In this document: positions 25,618-36,825 of the stretch, in pieces | How the letters are laid out: the number at the start of each line of letters is the position of its first letter | Numbering within the stretch: position 1 is the stretch's first letter | From: Leucoraja erinacea | Lineage: Eukaryota | DNA: 64,000 nt | Assembly: GCF_028641065.1 (NCBI RefSeq) | Contig: NC_073416.1 | Coordinates: 6,758,001 to 6,822,000 of the forward strand | Direction: 5' to 3' | Made by a program: the position numbers and the translations under genes | The notes under the pieces: model-generated | The model's input: the letters and a program-made list of their open reading frames with translations, nothing else | Database searches by the model: none | What the model was told of the DNA's origin: nothing

Positions 25618-26471
25618 GGGGGCGCTGTCCTGTGCACGGCTGCCCTGCCAGCAGTTGTCTGTCTTTTCACCGTTTTATTTTTATTTTTAGTTAGCTAAAG
25701 TGTTTTGTTTGGAGGTCTAGACTTTTTTTGTGTGTGGGGGGGGGGGGGGGGGGGGGGAAACTGCCTTTCAGGGTCCCTACCTGGTCGGAGAGGCAGCTTT
25801 TCTCCGGGCTGCAGCTTCGACCCATCCTTGCGGCCTACCAGCGGGCCTGGAGCGGCGTTTCCTGTCGCGGACCGCCCAGAACGTCGGCTTCGGCGGCGGC
25901 ACAGCGCTGGAGCGCTATCGTGGAGCGGGCGATGCCTTGCCCGGGTCGCCGCGCTGGAGCTCCGGTGAGCTGAGACCGCCGGGTAAAACATCGCGGAGCT
26001 GCGGGACTGTGGTGCGACCAGCTGCGGCGCTGAACTTTACACCGGGAGCCTGGGATCTCACGACGAGATCGCCAGTTGTGGAGCTCCAACCGGCGCGGCC
26101 TTGTCGGCTTCGGAAGCCGCGGCCTCTAGTACGGAGGCGGCCGTTCCAGGGTTCCCATGCCGCTATGAGGACTCTCCGGACGCCGGAGCACCACCACCCG
26201 GCGAGAACGGCCAGGAACATCGGGCCTCCGTAGAGGCAACTGTGGAGGCCTCAATAGGCCCGACTATGGGTGAACTGGGGTTGGGGACTGGACTTTGTGC
26301 CTTCCCTCATGGTGGGAGCCATTGTGGGGGGATGTTCTTTGTGTTTAAGACTCTCATTGGTGTTATGTCTGTATTCTTTCTTTGTGTGCTGCAAAATGGC
26401 AAAAACCATTTCACTTCATTGCACCTCGGTGTATGTGAATGTGACCAATAAAATACCTTTGATACCTTTGA
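25618..26471 (+). mobile_element. ~850-bp GC-rich non-autonomous retroposon with Rex1-like 3' tail
   Basis: Ends ATTTCACT..GTGTATGTG..CAATAAAA(TACCTTTGA)2. A related inverted copy lies at 49254-50719. No tRNA head and no recognisable protein. Confidence 0.65.
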
Positions 26472-26701
26472 TTTGTTGGGACATTGTAGAGAGCTTGACT
26501 GTATCTAACGTAGTTTTTTTGTTTTCTACTGTGAGCTTGATTCTCGATGTAACTTTTTTTTCCTTTTAATTTCGCTTTTACAGAGAGAGCCAGATATATA
26601 TATATATATATATGTTTAAATGTTTTTGTCACTTTTATTAAAGTTATTTATAGAACAGAAAAAAAAAGACTTATCTTATTATTATTTTATTATTATTATT
26701 A

Positions 26702-27718
26702 TTATATTACTAAAAGTCTGTTCTTGACCGGTTTTGGCCATCTGTGCTGCGATGTCCGAGAGAACGCCGCCACCTACGGCCGTCATTTTTGGCCACCTTG
26801 CTCAGAGCCCCCCTCCGCCATATGTGTGCCGAGGATTTTTCCCGTCAATGAAAAATGACAGAGATATTAATTATTTTACAAAATTCCCCATTCTCTCTGC
26901 TGCCCCTGCTGGTGGCAGGGGGGAGGGACTATAAAACCAGGAAGTGGTGTGCTTCAATCAGTGTCTGCAAGCTGGAGGAAGGCAGAGGGTCACGTTTCTC
27001 CGAGCTGTGAATAACACTGAACACATGTCTACTCAAATGTAAGTGGCCTTAGTGGTTCTAAAACGCTTGCAGAATGTGTTTATTGGTTTTAAAATGTTTG
27101 TAAAAAGTGTCTCTTTTGGTTCTACAATGCTTGCAGAATGTGTCTTTTTTGGTTCTAAAATGTTTTTTAGGTTCTCTCCCCCCCCCCCCCCCCCCCCCCC
27201 CCCTCCCCCCCCCCCTCCTCTCCCCCCTCCCCCCCCCTCCCCACCCCTCCCTCCTCCCCCCCCCCCTCTCCTCCTCCTCCCCCCCCCCCCTCCCCCTCCT
27301 CTCCCCCCCCTCTCCTCTCCTCCCCCCCTCCTCCTCCTCCTCCCCCCCCCCCCTCTCTCCTCTCCCCCCCTCTCCCTCTCCTCCCTCCTCTGTCCCCCCC
27401 CTCTCTCCCCTACTCCCACACTCCTCTCCTCCCCTCATTTTTCCCCCACCCTCCCCTAAACCCCCTCCCCTCCACACCCCCTACCCTCTTCCCTCTGTGA
27501 CTACAAGTTGGGGGCTATGCGTCAGTAGATAGGGTGGTTATGGTGTAAAAGGAGCAAATTAATAATATTAATATAATATCAAGGGGGTAATTAGCGTGAG
27601 TGCGGGGGGGGGGGGGGGGGGGGGGAATAGTGTGTGTGACGCTGCGTGCCGCCTTCCCCCCCCCCCCCCCAAACCGCACGTTGGGGCAACAGACCCAACG
27701 GGTCTGCACTTGGTCTAG
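26702..27718 (+). mobile_element. Non-autonomous Helitron
   Basis: 3' hairpin CAGACCC-AAC-GGGTCTG (27690-27706), then terminal CTAG (27715-27718) followed by T. 5' TATATTACTAAAA start merges into a (TTA)n tract. Internal C-rich low-complexity tract at 27175-27480. Confidence 0.75.
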
Positions 27719-27891
27719 TATATATATATTTTCTGTACTATAAATAACTTTATTAAAAGTGACTGCATCCTTTGCCTTAATAGGCTCAAAAGGAACATTG
27801 AAGTGTGATATTTTATCCTGAAACATATAGCCAAGTGCAATAGCCTGGTGTTTTGGAAAAAATAATTTAATGTTATTCACGTGATATGCAG

Positions 27892-28086
27892 ATCAAATTT
27901 TAATTGATGAAGAAGAGATGGAGGAGGATGAAGAACTTGAGAAATTGTCAACAGAATGGATTGCGGAAGTTAACTTGAAGGTGCAATCAAGCCTGGCTTC
28001 CTCCCAAACCTGCATAGATTATCTATATTTCCTATCCAAAGCCCTGTTTCGCCTTCAACGTAGACATTTAAAATCAAGATCAACAG
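27892..28086 (+). CDS. FAM186: FAM186-family gene, coding exon 3
   Basis: Acceptor TATGCAG|. Reads QILIDEEEMEEDEELEKLSTEWIAEVNLKVQSSLASSQTCIDYL..KSRST. Donor G|GTAAAT. Phases 1/1 fit the neighbours. Confidence 0.85.
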
Positions 28087-28169
28087 GTAAATTTAGAGAG
28101 GTGTTTGTTTCTGCTTTGTATCCCAGTGTCCACTTCCACAGTGTTGAGATCTGGACAATCATTGATTTA

Positions 28170-28475
28170 GCATTGGATGTAAAATGGAGGGGATGGTAAA
28201 GAGTATCGGCAGCAAGCTGATAGAGATAGGAAGTAGAGATGTAGGTCGGTTTTCTTTATGATTGCATCAATGTGCTGGTTCCAAGACAGTTCAGAGATAA
28301 GCAGGCCCAGGAATTTGAAGCTTTTGACTTTCTCCACCACCATCCCGTCAATGAAGACAGGTTTGCGGATCCTCATCCTTCCTCTTCCAAAGTCTACAAC
28401 TAGTTAATTGAGAGAAAGGTTGTTGTTCTGACACCATTTGGTCAGTCGATCAATTTCCCTCCAATACTCCGATCT
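28170..28475 (-). mobile_element. Decayed Rex1/Babar RT fragment
   Basis: Minus ORF RKPVFIDGMVVEKVKSFKFLGLLISELSWNQHID..LYFL. Confidence 0.7.
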
Positions 28476-28776
28476 CTCACCAGCAAGAATGCAGTCCTGA
28501 CCTCCCAATTACCTCATTGGAGTCCTTTGATCTTTAATTGCACTTTATCTTGCACTAAATGAAATACCCATTATCCTGTATCTGTACACTATGGACGGCA
28601 TGATTGTAATCACGTATAGTCCTTTCATTGACTGAATAGCACGCAACAAAAAGCTTTTCACTGTACTAAACTAAAATACCAAGCCAAACTAAAATACCAA
28701 GGATTTGCCAAATGCCTTGAATATTTCAGAGGTTGACCGATTCCCTTAAAGCACAAGAAAATTGCTTTATCTATTC

Positions 28777-29014
28777 CAGGGGTTCCCAACCTTTTTCGTC
28801 CCGTTTACCCCCTGGCAACTTTCCGAAAGTAAATTTGCCCCCACCCTGTTTTGTTCAGTAATTTGCGTCTACACTTCTACCATAATAAAGCAACCGACAA
28901 AGGGGAAATTTTAAAATACTGTTTTGAACAAATCCAGAATCAACAAATTTACCTCCTGGGTAGGCGAAATTTACCCCCGGGGGGGGTAAAGTTACCCTAG
29001 GTTGGGAACCCTTG
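28777..29014. mobile_element. hAT (Charlie-like) MITE, 238 bp
   Basis: TIRs CAGGGGTTCCCAACCT / AGGTTGGGAACCCTTG. 8-bp TSD ATCTATTC (28769-28776, 29015-29022). Confidence 0.9.
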
Positions 29015-29502
29015 ATCTATTCCTTTCTAGGATGTTGTAGGAGTAGCAAGGCACAATGCTGGACATGTAATGGGCTCTGGACAGTCAATACTGATGATGT
29101 AATAATAGGAATTTGATGATTTTGACAGATGTTAGACACACTTCCTTCACCTCCGTCCTCTGCTTTGACTATTTATTTTGAAGAGGACAAGAATAGTTCA
29201 TGCAAAAGGTTTTGATTGACTGTATTTTTGCAAGAGAGAATTATTACCTGGCAGACAATGTGACTGTTTAAACGCAGAAGTGAAATTGGCTGTTCCCTTA
29301 TTTATTCCAAAACAAATCAAGTATTATGGTACATATTACATTTGATGTTAGATTCATAGTCCTGATTTAAAGTTAACAAATATATTATTGGACTTAATGT
29401 TAAATTCTATTATGAAGGCATATTCTGATGGTTCCTCCCCACCCATCTCTCCTTTTTATTTTGTAGATAGGTTGATTGCTGTCCAGTCCCTTATTGGGAT
29501 AT

Positions 29503-29687
29503 GTGTAGGAGGGAACTGCAGATGCTAGTTTACATAAAGGATAGATACATAATGCTGGAAAAGCAAAAAATGCTGGAACCTAGTGAACAGGCTCTGAAGA
29601 AGGTTCTTAACCCAAAACATCACCCATTCATTCCTTCTATCTAGAGATGCTGCCTGTCCCCGAGTTTCTCCAGCGTTTTATATCTAT
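29503..29687. mobile_element. Penelope-LTR-derived inverted unit, degenerate hammerhead
   Basis: CTGAAGAAGGTTCTTAACCCAAAACATC at ~29594. Flanks CCCT(T/A)ATTGGGATA. Confidence 0.65.
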
Positions 29688-30699
29688 CCCTAATTGGGAT
29701 AGACCACTTACAACATAGTGTAGCCTTGTGGCTTACATTAAGTTGTATAGTATGCACCACTGATTTAATATAAAAGCAGAACATAGGAAATACACAGCAG
29801 GTTTAGAAACACATGTGGAGGAAGAAACATATTAACATTTCAGGTCCAAATCTTTTCACTTAACATGAAGCACACTACATGGAAAGCATGAGAAAATATG
29901 CAGGTGTAATTGGCATCCTTAACAAGCCTTTAAAAAGCTATCACCTGGTCTATTGCATCAAATTGCTCCCCGGAGTAACATGGTTTTGAAGGGCTCCAAT
30001 TCCATACAGGTTAAAGTATCAAATTACCACACACTAATAGATAGAGTCATGAAATCAGCGCAGCTCAAATTAAAGAAAGAACTTCAAAAACAATGAATAC
30101 TCAGCATGTGGAGATAATCATTAAGATGCCAATTAGTGCACCACCTCGGCTGGAGTTCCTTCTTGAACTGTTTCACAATTTGACACAACCGAAGGGTTAG
30201 TTTTGTGTGAAACCACCGGTTTCCTTGATTCAAACATTGTTTATGTTCGGTTTGTTCCTTGGTGATTGCTTTTGTTTTCCACTAATATTGAGTTTTTTTC
30301 CTTCTTTTTTTGTTGTTATGCATCTATTGCGAACTGTGTTTTCAGATCTGTTCTACTGCTACAAGTACAAGTACAAACACTCTTGACTCTTAAATCAGTA
30401 AATAAACCTGAAATACTGCAGATGTAAAAAAAAGCTGAAAACCCCCCAATTCTGATTGTGCACAGTCGGCGAGGCAGCGTATGGGGAGGGAAACATTACC
30501 ACAGTCAGTACAACTGTTCCTGACTACAGTAATATTAAGACCTTACAAAAAAAAAACTACAAGACTGATGCAAAATATGATTTTTTTAACTGTAATTTGT
30601 AAAAGTCAGTCGGCACACTCGTTTTACGAGAAGCGGCTTAAATTAAACAATATTTTTTATACTTAGTAACATTTTCTACCTGTTATAACGACGCTCCTG

Positions 30700-30875
30700 G
30701 ATTAGGAAGGAACTGCAGATGCTGCTTTAAACCGAAGATAGACACAACATGCTGGAGCAGTCTGACACAACATGCTGGAGCAGTCTGAAAAAGGGTCTCG
30801 ACCCGAAACGTCACCCATTCCTTCTCTCCAGAGATGCTGCCTGTCCCGCTGAGTTACTCCAGCTTGTTGTGTCTG
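30700..30875. mobile_element. Penelope-LTR-derived inverted unit with 14-bp TSD
   Basis: TSD TAACGACGCTCCTG (30686-30699, 30876-30889). Core CTGAAAA-A-GGGT-CTCG-ACCC-GAAACGTC. Confidence 0.8.
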
Positions 30876-31260
30876 TAACGACGCTCCTGTTGCGAGCCAC
30901 CTTCAGCGGCCATTCCTCAACGGGGATTGATGGTCCGGAGTGAAGCGGTTACTTCGCTCTCTCATGCACAAGGGAGAGATGCGGCCTCGACGCTCGGCCC
31001 GGCCCGGCCCGGCCAGTCATCTGCCTCTCGAGCACAGGGACTTCTGCAAACATTCCATCATTTTTCCCGCTCTCTCGAAAGCATTGGCCGAGCCACCCCC
31101 TGCCGCGCACGCGCCCCGTCCCCTCCGATGCCGCTCGCTGCTGCTGCTCCTTTCCCCAGTCACCGAGCGTCCCAAAGTCAGTCCCCGCGTCAGGGACGGA
31201 GTGAGGCGGCACTCGGCGCTGCTGATCGTGGGTGAAACAAAACAAAATCCTGGCCACACT

Positions 31261-31350
31261 TGTCTGAAGAAGGCTCCCGAACCGAAACGTCACCAACCCA
31301 TGTTCTCCAGAGATGCTGCCTGACCCCCTGAGTTACTTCAGCACTTTGCT
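31261..31350 (+). mobile_element. Penelope-LTR-derived unit, hammerhead core retained
   Basis: CTGAAGA-A-GGCT-CCCG-AACC-GAAAC-GTC (31264-31291), then the family body CCAGAGATGCTGCCTGACC..GAGTTAC. Confidence 0.7.
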
Positions 31351-32314
31351 TTTTTGGGTGTGGCCACACAAGAGACTGCTGCTGATGCTGGCATATGCAG
31401 TCAATTCACTATCCCTCTGCTGATGCTGTCTGACTCGCTGAGTTCCTCCAGCAGCTCGAAAAAAAGTCTCGGATTGCAGAATCCGCAGTTTCCACAAACG
31501 AGTCAATTTAAGTCATTGCAGCGTCTCCCGTGTCCACGAAATGTACCGTGCGGCCAACTGGTTATTTCTGAAATGCCATCACAGTTTGTAGTTCAGTATG
31601 CACACTATATGGCACACAGATAGGGATCATGTGTATACAGATGAGATTACTTTATCTTGGCGGACAATGTGGCCTGCTCATGTGCTGTACCTTTCTATGT
31701 TCTAATCATGAATGAATGAATAAGTTTATTGGCCAATTATTCACATACAAGGAATTTGCTTTGGTGCTCCACCCGCAAGTGACAACAACATACAGTGATA
31801 GTTAGGAATGACACATAAAACATTAAACATTAATAATAAAACATTATTGATTAAAAATTAGAATACCAGAGCAAAAGGAGGCAACAGATTTTTGGTTATT
31901 GAGTAGAGCTAGTAAATTATAATCATATCTAGTAAACTAGTTTAAAATGTCTTTGGTCAGGGATAAATGTTAGCTCGATTCCTTGCATTTACTTCACAAT
32001 GCATCCAGGAATATTTTCAATCCATCTGAATGGGAAGGAGAGGATTCAGTTGAATGTTTTCCACCCTCCCCAATATTGCAGTTCCTCATTACTGAGCTGC
32101 TCCATCAGCCCATGATGGTCAGTGAACACCTGGACGGAGGACCTGGTGCTAAAGTCGGTCTGCGCACCCCTTGTCACGAGATCACTGACATACAATTTCA
32201 TTTTAAAGAAAGACTTGTATTGACATAGCATCTTGACTTTAAATAAAACACTGTCAAAATGTCTTGGAGCGTAATGACATGCAGAGTGATTGGTTTTACA
32301 CTGATTCTTTCCAG

Positions 32315-34136
32315 AACCTGGCGATAAACAACCCACTGGCAAACGGTGGAGGCAGAAAAAGATGGAATCCAAATCGCTCGTGTATTTCCAGGATATGCAA
32401 CCAATGAGCACTGCAACAATGCTGGAACCACACATTGCAAAACAGTTGGAAGCAGCAGTGGGAGAGATTAATATTGTATTCACAAACATCACAAAGTATC
32501 TTCCTTTCAAGAAGGTCCAGACAATTGCCTTCAGATACATTGGAAAATTCATAGGGAATCTTTACAAGGCATTTCTCGTTCGTTCACATGAATATTTTGA
32601 GGTGGAAAATGAACTAAGAAAGGCTGAGTCTTTTGGATCCCAGAGATCTGAATGTAATCTGGTTACTGAGGTGAAAGGTCTTCAAGAACACAGCTGTGCC
32701 CTCAAAACACGGGCAGAATTAGCGGAATATCATTACAGGGAGGTGTCCAGCATGAACCGTGACCTGGAAAAAAACATCAAATGTTTGAGGTCCAAAATTG
32801 AGCAGCTACAAAATGGTGAGAAAGTCACTGCTGATTTGCTAGTGAGCGCAAAGCAGGCGAGCAAAACAAGTAAAAGTAAAGCACTGGTGAAAAAATCAAA
32901 ACATCTCTCCAGTGAGGAGCCCAAAAATATTATTTTTGACAGGCATGATACAACTACAGACCAAAGGGTTGTCCCAGGGGAAAGCATTCCCATTGGAGAA
33001 TCAGAGGAACAAAAGGCTGGCCGGGAAGTATCCAAGAAGGAAAACATTCCCTTTGATGAACCTACAGGGGAAAGTATTCCCAAGGAACTTACCATTGGAA
33101 GGATAACTCCAATATTAACCAAATTCGAAACAGTGCTTAGTGAAGCAGTGAAGGGAAAAATGTTTAAATCCAACTCGAATGCAGGAAAGAATCAGAGAGC
33201 ATGGGTTCAGAAAGAAGAATTGAAGACTCAAGCTCAGCAGATGGTTGTGGGTTTGCTGACAGATTTTCAAACTGCTGTTTTGTATTCACTGGACCATGGG
33301 TTACGCAGTGGCAAAGACCTTGCACCAGATGATATCTGTAAGGTGCATGCTCTTCTCAAGTCTGAGGAGTTAAAGAATCTTTATGAAGTGATTGAGAAAG
33401 CAATCAAAGAAATCTCAATGCAGAAGCTCAAACAAGAGCCAAAAGAGCAACCTGTTCAAGATAGAAAGCCACTGGAAGAAAACTTGGCAGAGATATCAAA
33501 AGAAAGGGAACCTGATTTAACCAATTTTGCTGAACTTCTCGAGGAAGTATCCAGATTTGGAATTATTCAAGAGATTGCCCTCGATGAATTGAGTGCCCAA
33601 GTTCAATATTTAATCGAAGAAGCCAAACAGGACCAGAGCTTGTCGCAGGAAGAAACACACTTCCATGAAAAGACCCTGCAAGCCTTGGACACAATTCTAA
33701 CACTGGAGAAAATGTCCTCTCGGGCTGGAATGGATCAGTTAATTAGGATTCGAGAGACAATCAGTAACATATATTCCAGCAACAGTGCCCTTGAGCTCAA
33801 TAAAAAGGAAGTAAAACTGCAGGCAGAATGTTACAAGGAAGGGGCTTCTCTCCCTGAAACTCCATCAGCAACACCAGCAAAAATAATTCAACCCAGCGGA
33901 AATGTCCTCCAGGCTGCCGAAGGCGAGAAAGTAGTGGACTTGTCATATATTGTGAACGTGACATATCTCCGATCAACCTGTAAAACTTTGGACCAAGCAG
34001 TATGCGATGGCATCATTTCCAGACAACTCCATACCACCGCTACACACCTGATACACAAAACGCTATCAATAATTCAGCTCCGACTGGCTTATCTGTTTCG
34101 AAAGTACATGGCTTTCCGACAGATCGAAATCTTTAG
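32315..34136 (+). CDS. FAM186: FAM186-family gene, large coding exon 4 (1822 nt)
   Basis: Acceptor TTCTTTCCAG|, open frame contains the 592-aa ORF. Motifs AFRYIGKFIGNLYKAF (cf. AIRYM..VENLNKAL), a coiled-coil-like stretch, and LRLAYLFRKYMAFRQIEIFR (cf. LRLQYLCHKYIFYRRLQSLR). Donor AG|GTAAAG, phase 2. Confidence 0.92.
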
Positions 34137-34557
34137 GTAAAGAATAGCTGTTATTATTTTGGGGGTGGGGGCGGGTGCGTGTAGGAACAATATAATTGTC
34201 TGCACATATACTCATGCCAGGCAGCATCTGTGGAGGAGAAAGGACAGATGACGTTTTGGGCTGGGACCCTTCTTCAGTCTCTAAATGTTATCTGTCCGTT
34301 TTGCTCTGGTGATGCTACCTGTCCTGCTGAGTTCCTCCAGCACTGATTTATGCTCATGATTGCAATCTCTCATCTCTCCATATTCCAGAACTATCACCCT
34401 CCCAGGGCGAAGCAGGGATACCCGGTTAGGCCTTGTGATTTCGGCCAAGAAAATAGCTCTGAACACAATTCAATCAGAATATGTGCCACAGAGACACTTA
34501 AAGCAAGGGACAAATTGTGTTTATTCATCTCTTTAATGTGATTATTTCTCTCTTCAG

Positions 34558-34747
34558 AAAGTACTTGAACAGCAGGTTGTTGGATCTAAGCAATAAGGAT
34601 GATGAGGTTCCTAAGGCGCTGTACAGATTTGCCAGCAGACTCAAAACACGTTTAATATCCACCATGCGGCACTGGGAAACAAGACAGCAACTGATTAACC
34701 AGAGTCGCCAAAGACACTTGAATCAAATGATCAATGTATTCAGTCAG
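34558..34747 (+). CDS. FAM186: FAM186-family gene, coding exon 5
   Basis: Acceptor TCTCTTCAG|. Reads KYLNSRLLDL..ALYRFASRL..WETRQQLINQSRQRHLNQMINVFSQ. Donor CAG|GTAGGT, phase 0. Confidence 0.88.
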
Positions 34748-34899
34748 GTAGGTGCAGATTTCTGGATGTACATTTTGAATAAAGGCAGAGGACACTGGGA
34801 ATACTCAGTATCTGTGGACTGAGAAACGGTGTTTCATTTGATGATCTTTCATCACGACTGAGAAAAATGTAAGATAAACAAGTTTTAAGAGGCTTTAGA

Positions 34900-35370
34900 G
34901 AGGGTGCAATATAGGTTTATCAGGATGTTGCCTGGATTAGTGAGTATTATCTATACGGAGAGGTTGGACAAACTTGGGATTGTTTTCCCTGGAACATCAG
35001 AGAAGGAAGGGGAGGGGAAGAAGAGACCTGATAGATGTATCTAAAAATTATGAGTCATAGGCAGGGTAGACAGTCAGAATCTTTACCCCAGGGTGGAAAT
35101 GTCAAACACTAGAGGACATAGCTTTAAGGCGAGAGGGGCAAAATTGGAAGGAAATGTTTACACAGGTGGTGGATGCCTGGACGCGCTGCCAGGGATGGTG
35201 GTGGAGGCAGCTCCGATAGTGGCATTTAAGAGGCTTTTGGATAGGCACGTGGATATGCAGGGAATGGAGGGATATAGATCACGTGCAGGCAGAGGAGATT
35301 AGTTTAACTTGGCACCATGTTCAGTGTGGATATTGTGGGGCAAAGGGCCTGTTCCTGTGCTATACATCTA
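34900..35370 (+). mobile_element. CR1 3' fragment
   Basis: SNTRGHSFKARG..LPGMVVEA..AFKRLLDRH. CR1-type 3'UTR GGGCCTGTTCCTGTGCT. Confidence 0.8.
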
Positions 35371-35682
35371 TGCTACAGAGAAATTCTGATGAAAGGTCAT
35401 CGACTTGAAATATTGCCCCCAGGGGCTTGAGGCCATATAATCATTTGAATTATATATGAAAATATGATTACATATTTAAAAATATGGTGATGATTATGAT
35501 CGTGAAAGATATGTGTTGTCAAGTTATAGATGTGTATCCACATGTTCATCCCAAAGCATTAAGGACATGAACGCCTACTTCTCTGTTCATGCCCCTGTTC
35601 CACCATGGAGAAATTAATTCAACAGATTTGAAAGGTCATGATCAAAATAAATAAATCCATTACCATTGTATTCCTTTGATAG

Positions 35683-35861
35683 GTTAAACACCACACGGGC
35701 CTAGTGTTGCTCAGTCCATTTCTGGCCACCAGATCACCAGACACAAAGATGCGGAAGCAGTTTGGACCCCCGTTCCAGCCAACACTAGTGGTGGCATCTG
35801 AGAGACCGTGTTGTCCCCATGGTCAAGGCAATGGTACCCCGTCTACTTTGCTCAGAACAAG
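35683..35861 (+). CDS. FAM186: FAM186-family gene, coding exon 6
   Basis: Acceptor CCTTTGATAG|. Open frame VKHHTGLVLLSPF..PSTLLRT. Donor AAG|GTAGGA. Phases 0/2 fit exons 5 and 7. Confidence 0.78.
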
Positions 35862-36470
35862 GTAGGAATTCAGCATTCCAAATTCAGAGAATTTCATGTT
35901 CAATTCGGTATTCCTTGTAGACAGTCTGTCAGGGCAGCTGTCCGTTGGCAATTACTGATAAAACGTAAGGTTTAATCAATCCTTGCTTCATGCTCTGGAG
36001 GCAGTTTACAATATTCACTATATTTTGTGCTTTTTACTTGGTTTGCTACCTCTGAGAATTCTTTAGTGAGATTGACTGTTGGATGATTCAGGGATTTCCC
36101 CAAGAACAAGGAATACATTTTATGAGTTTAAAATATAATATTTCCATTTTGAAATCTATAATATTTTGAAATGTTAATCTGATGAAATTGCAATTCCTAC
36201 ACATAAAGTATAATGTTCAGAGTGCTAACGAATCGATATCAGGGTTTCTCTGCCATTTCAAACTTAGTTATATAGGATGACGTACAGTGAGAACACTTCC
36301 TACATAACTAAATGTGTAGGAAGGAACTGCAGATGCTGGTTTAACCCGAAGATAGACACAAAAAGCTGGAGTAACTCAGCGGGGCAGAGATGCTGCCTGT
36401 CCCACTGAGTTACTCCCGTTTTTTGTGTCTATCCTAAAGTAAAGTTATTGTCGGATTGTTGATTTCTCAT

Positions 36471-36825
36471 GATAGATAGATGGATAGATAGATAACTTTA
36501 TTCGTCAAGGTATAGTCAAATTCTTTGATTTTGCATATATAGTACACAAAAGGGTCGCCACAAGGTGCAGACAAAGTTACAAAGTACACTTAAATATTGT
36601 TGGTCGTCCCCCCCTTCTTCCCCCCCCCCCCCCCCCCCCCATCCCCCACCACAGGTGCCCTTTGTTCTTGGCGGCCCACCACGCTGGGCTCCCCCTTTGT
36701 TCTCAGCGACCCCCCCCCCCCCACACCAGATCCCTTTGTTCTTCTTGACCCCGGCCTCCAGGGACTCCGACCTCAAGTTCCACTTCGGAGGCGCAGGCTC
36801 AAGGGGCCAAATCCTGCCCCTTTTA
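36471..36825 (-). mobile_element. Non-autonomous Rex1-tailed element (same family as 13016-13283), head-to-head with the Rex1 LINE
   Basis: Minus-strand (CTAT)n tail at 36471-36492. Internal GAACAAAGG repeats and poly-C tracts. Confidence 0.6.

Noticed and set aside
25695-26451. Several overlapping 80-170 aa ORFs
   Set aside because: Stop-poor GC-rich repeat; no domain recognised, and the frames are not evidently shared with the sister copy.
27033-27532. Pro-rich/Gly-rich ORFs (formin- or extensin-like)
   Set aside because: Translations of a C-rich low-complexity tract inside the Helitron.
32733-33173. 146-aa antisense ORF within FAM186 exon 4
   Set aside because: Typical shadow ORF of a coding exon; no independent signals.
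36315-36433. Palindromic unit as a pre-miRNA or DNA-transposon MITE
   Set aside because: It is an internally deleted inverted pair of the Penelope LTR unit; variable breakpoints and long TSDs elsewhere argue against a TIR transposon.
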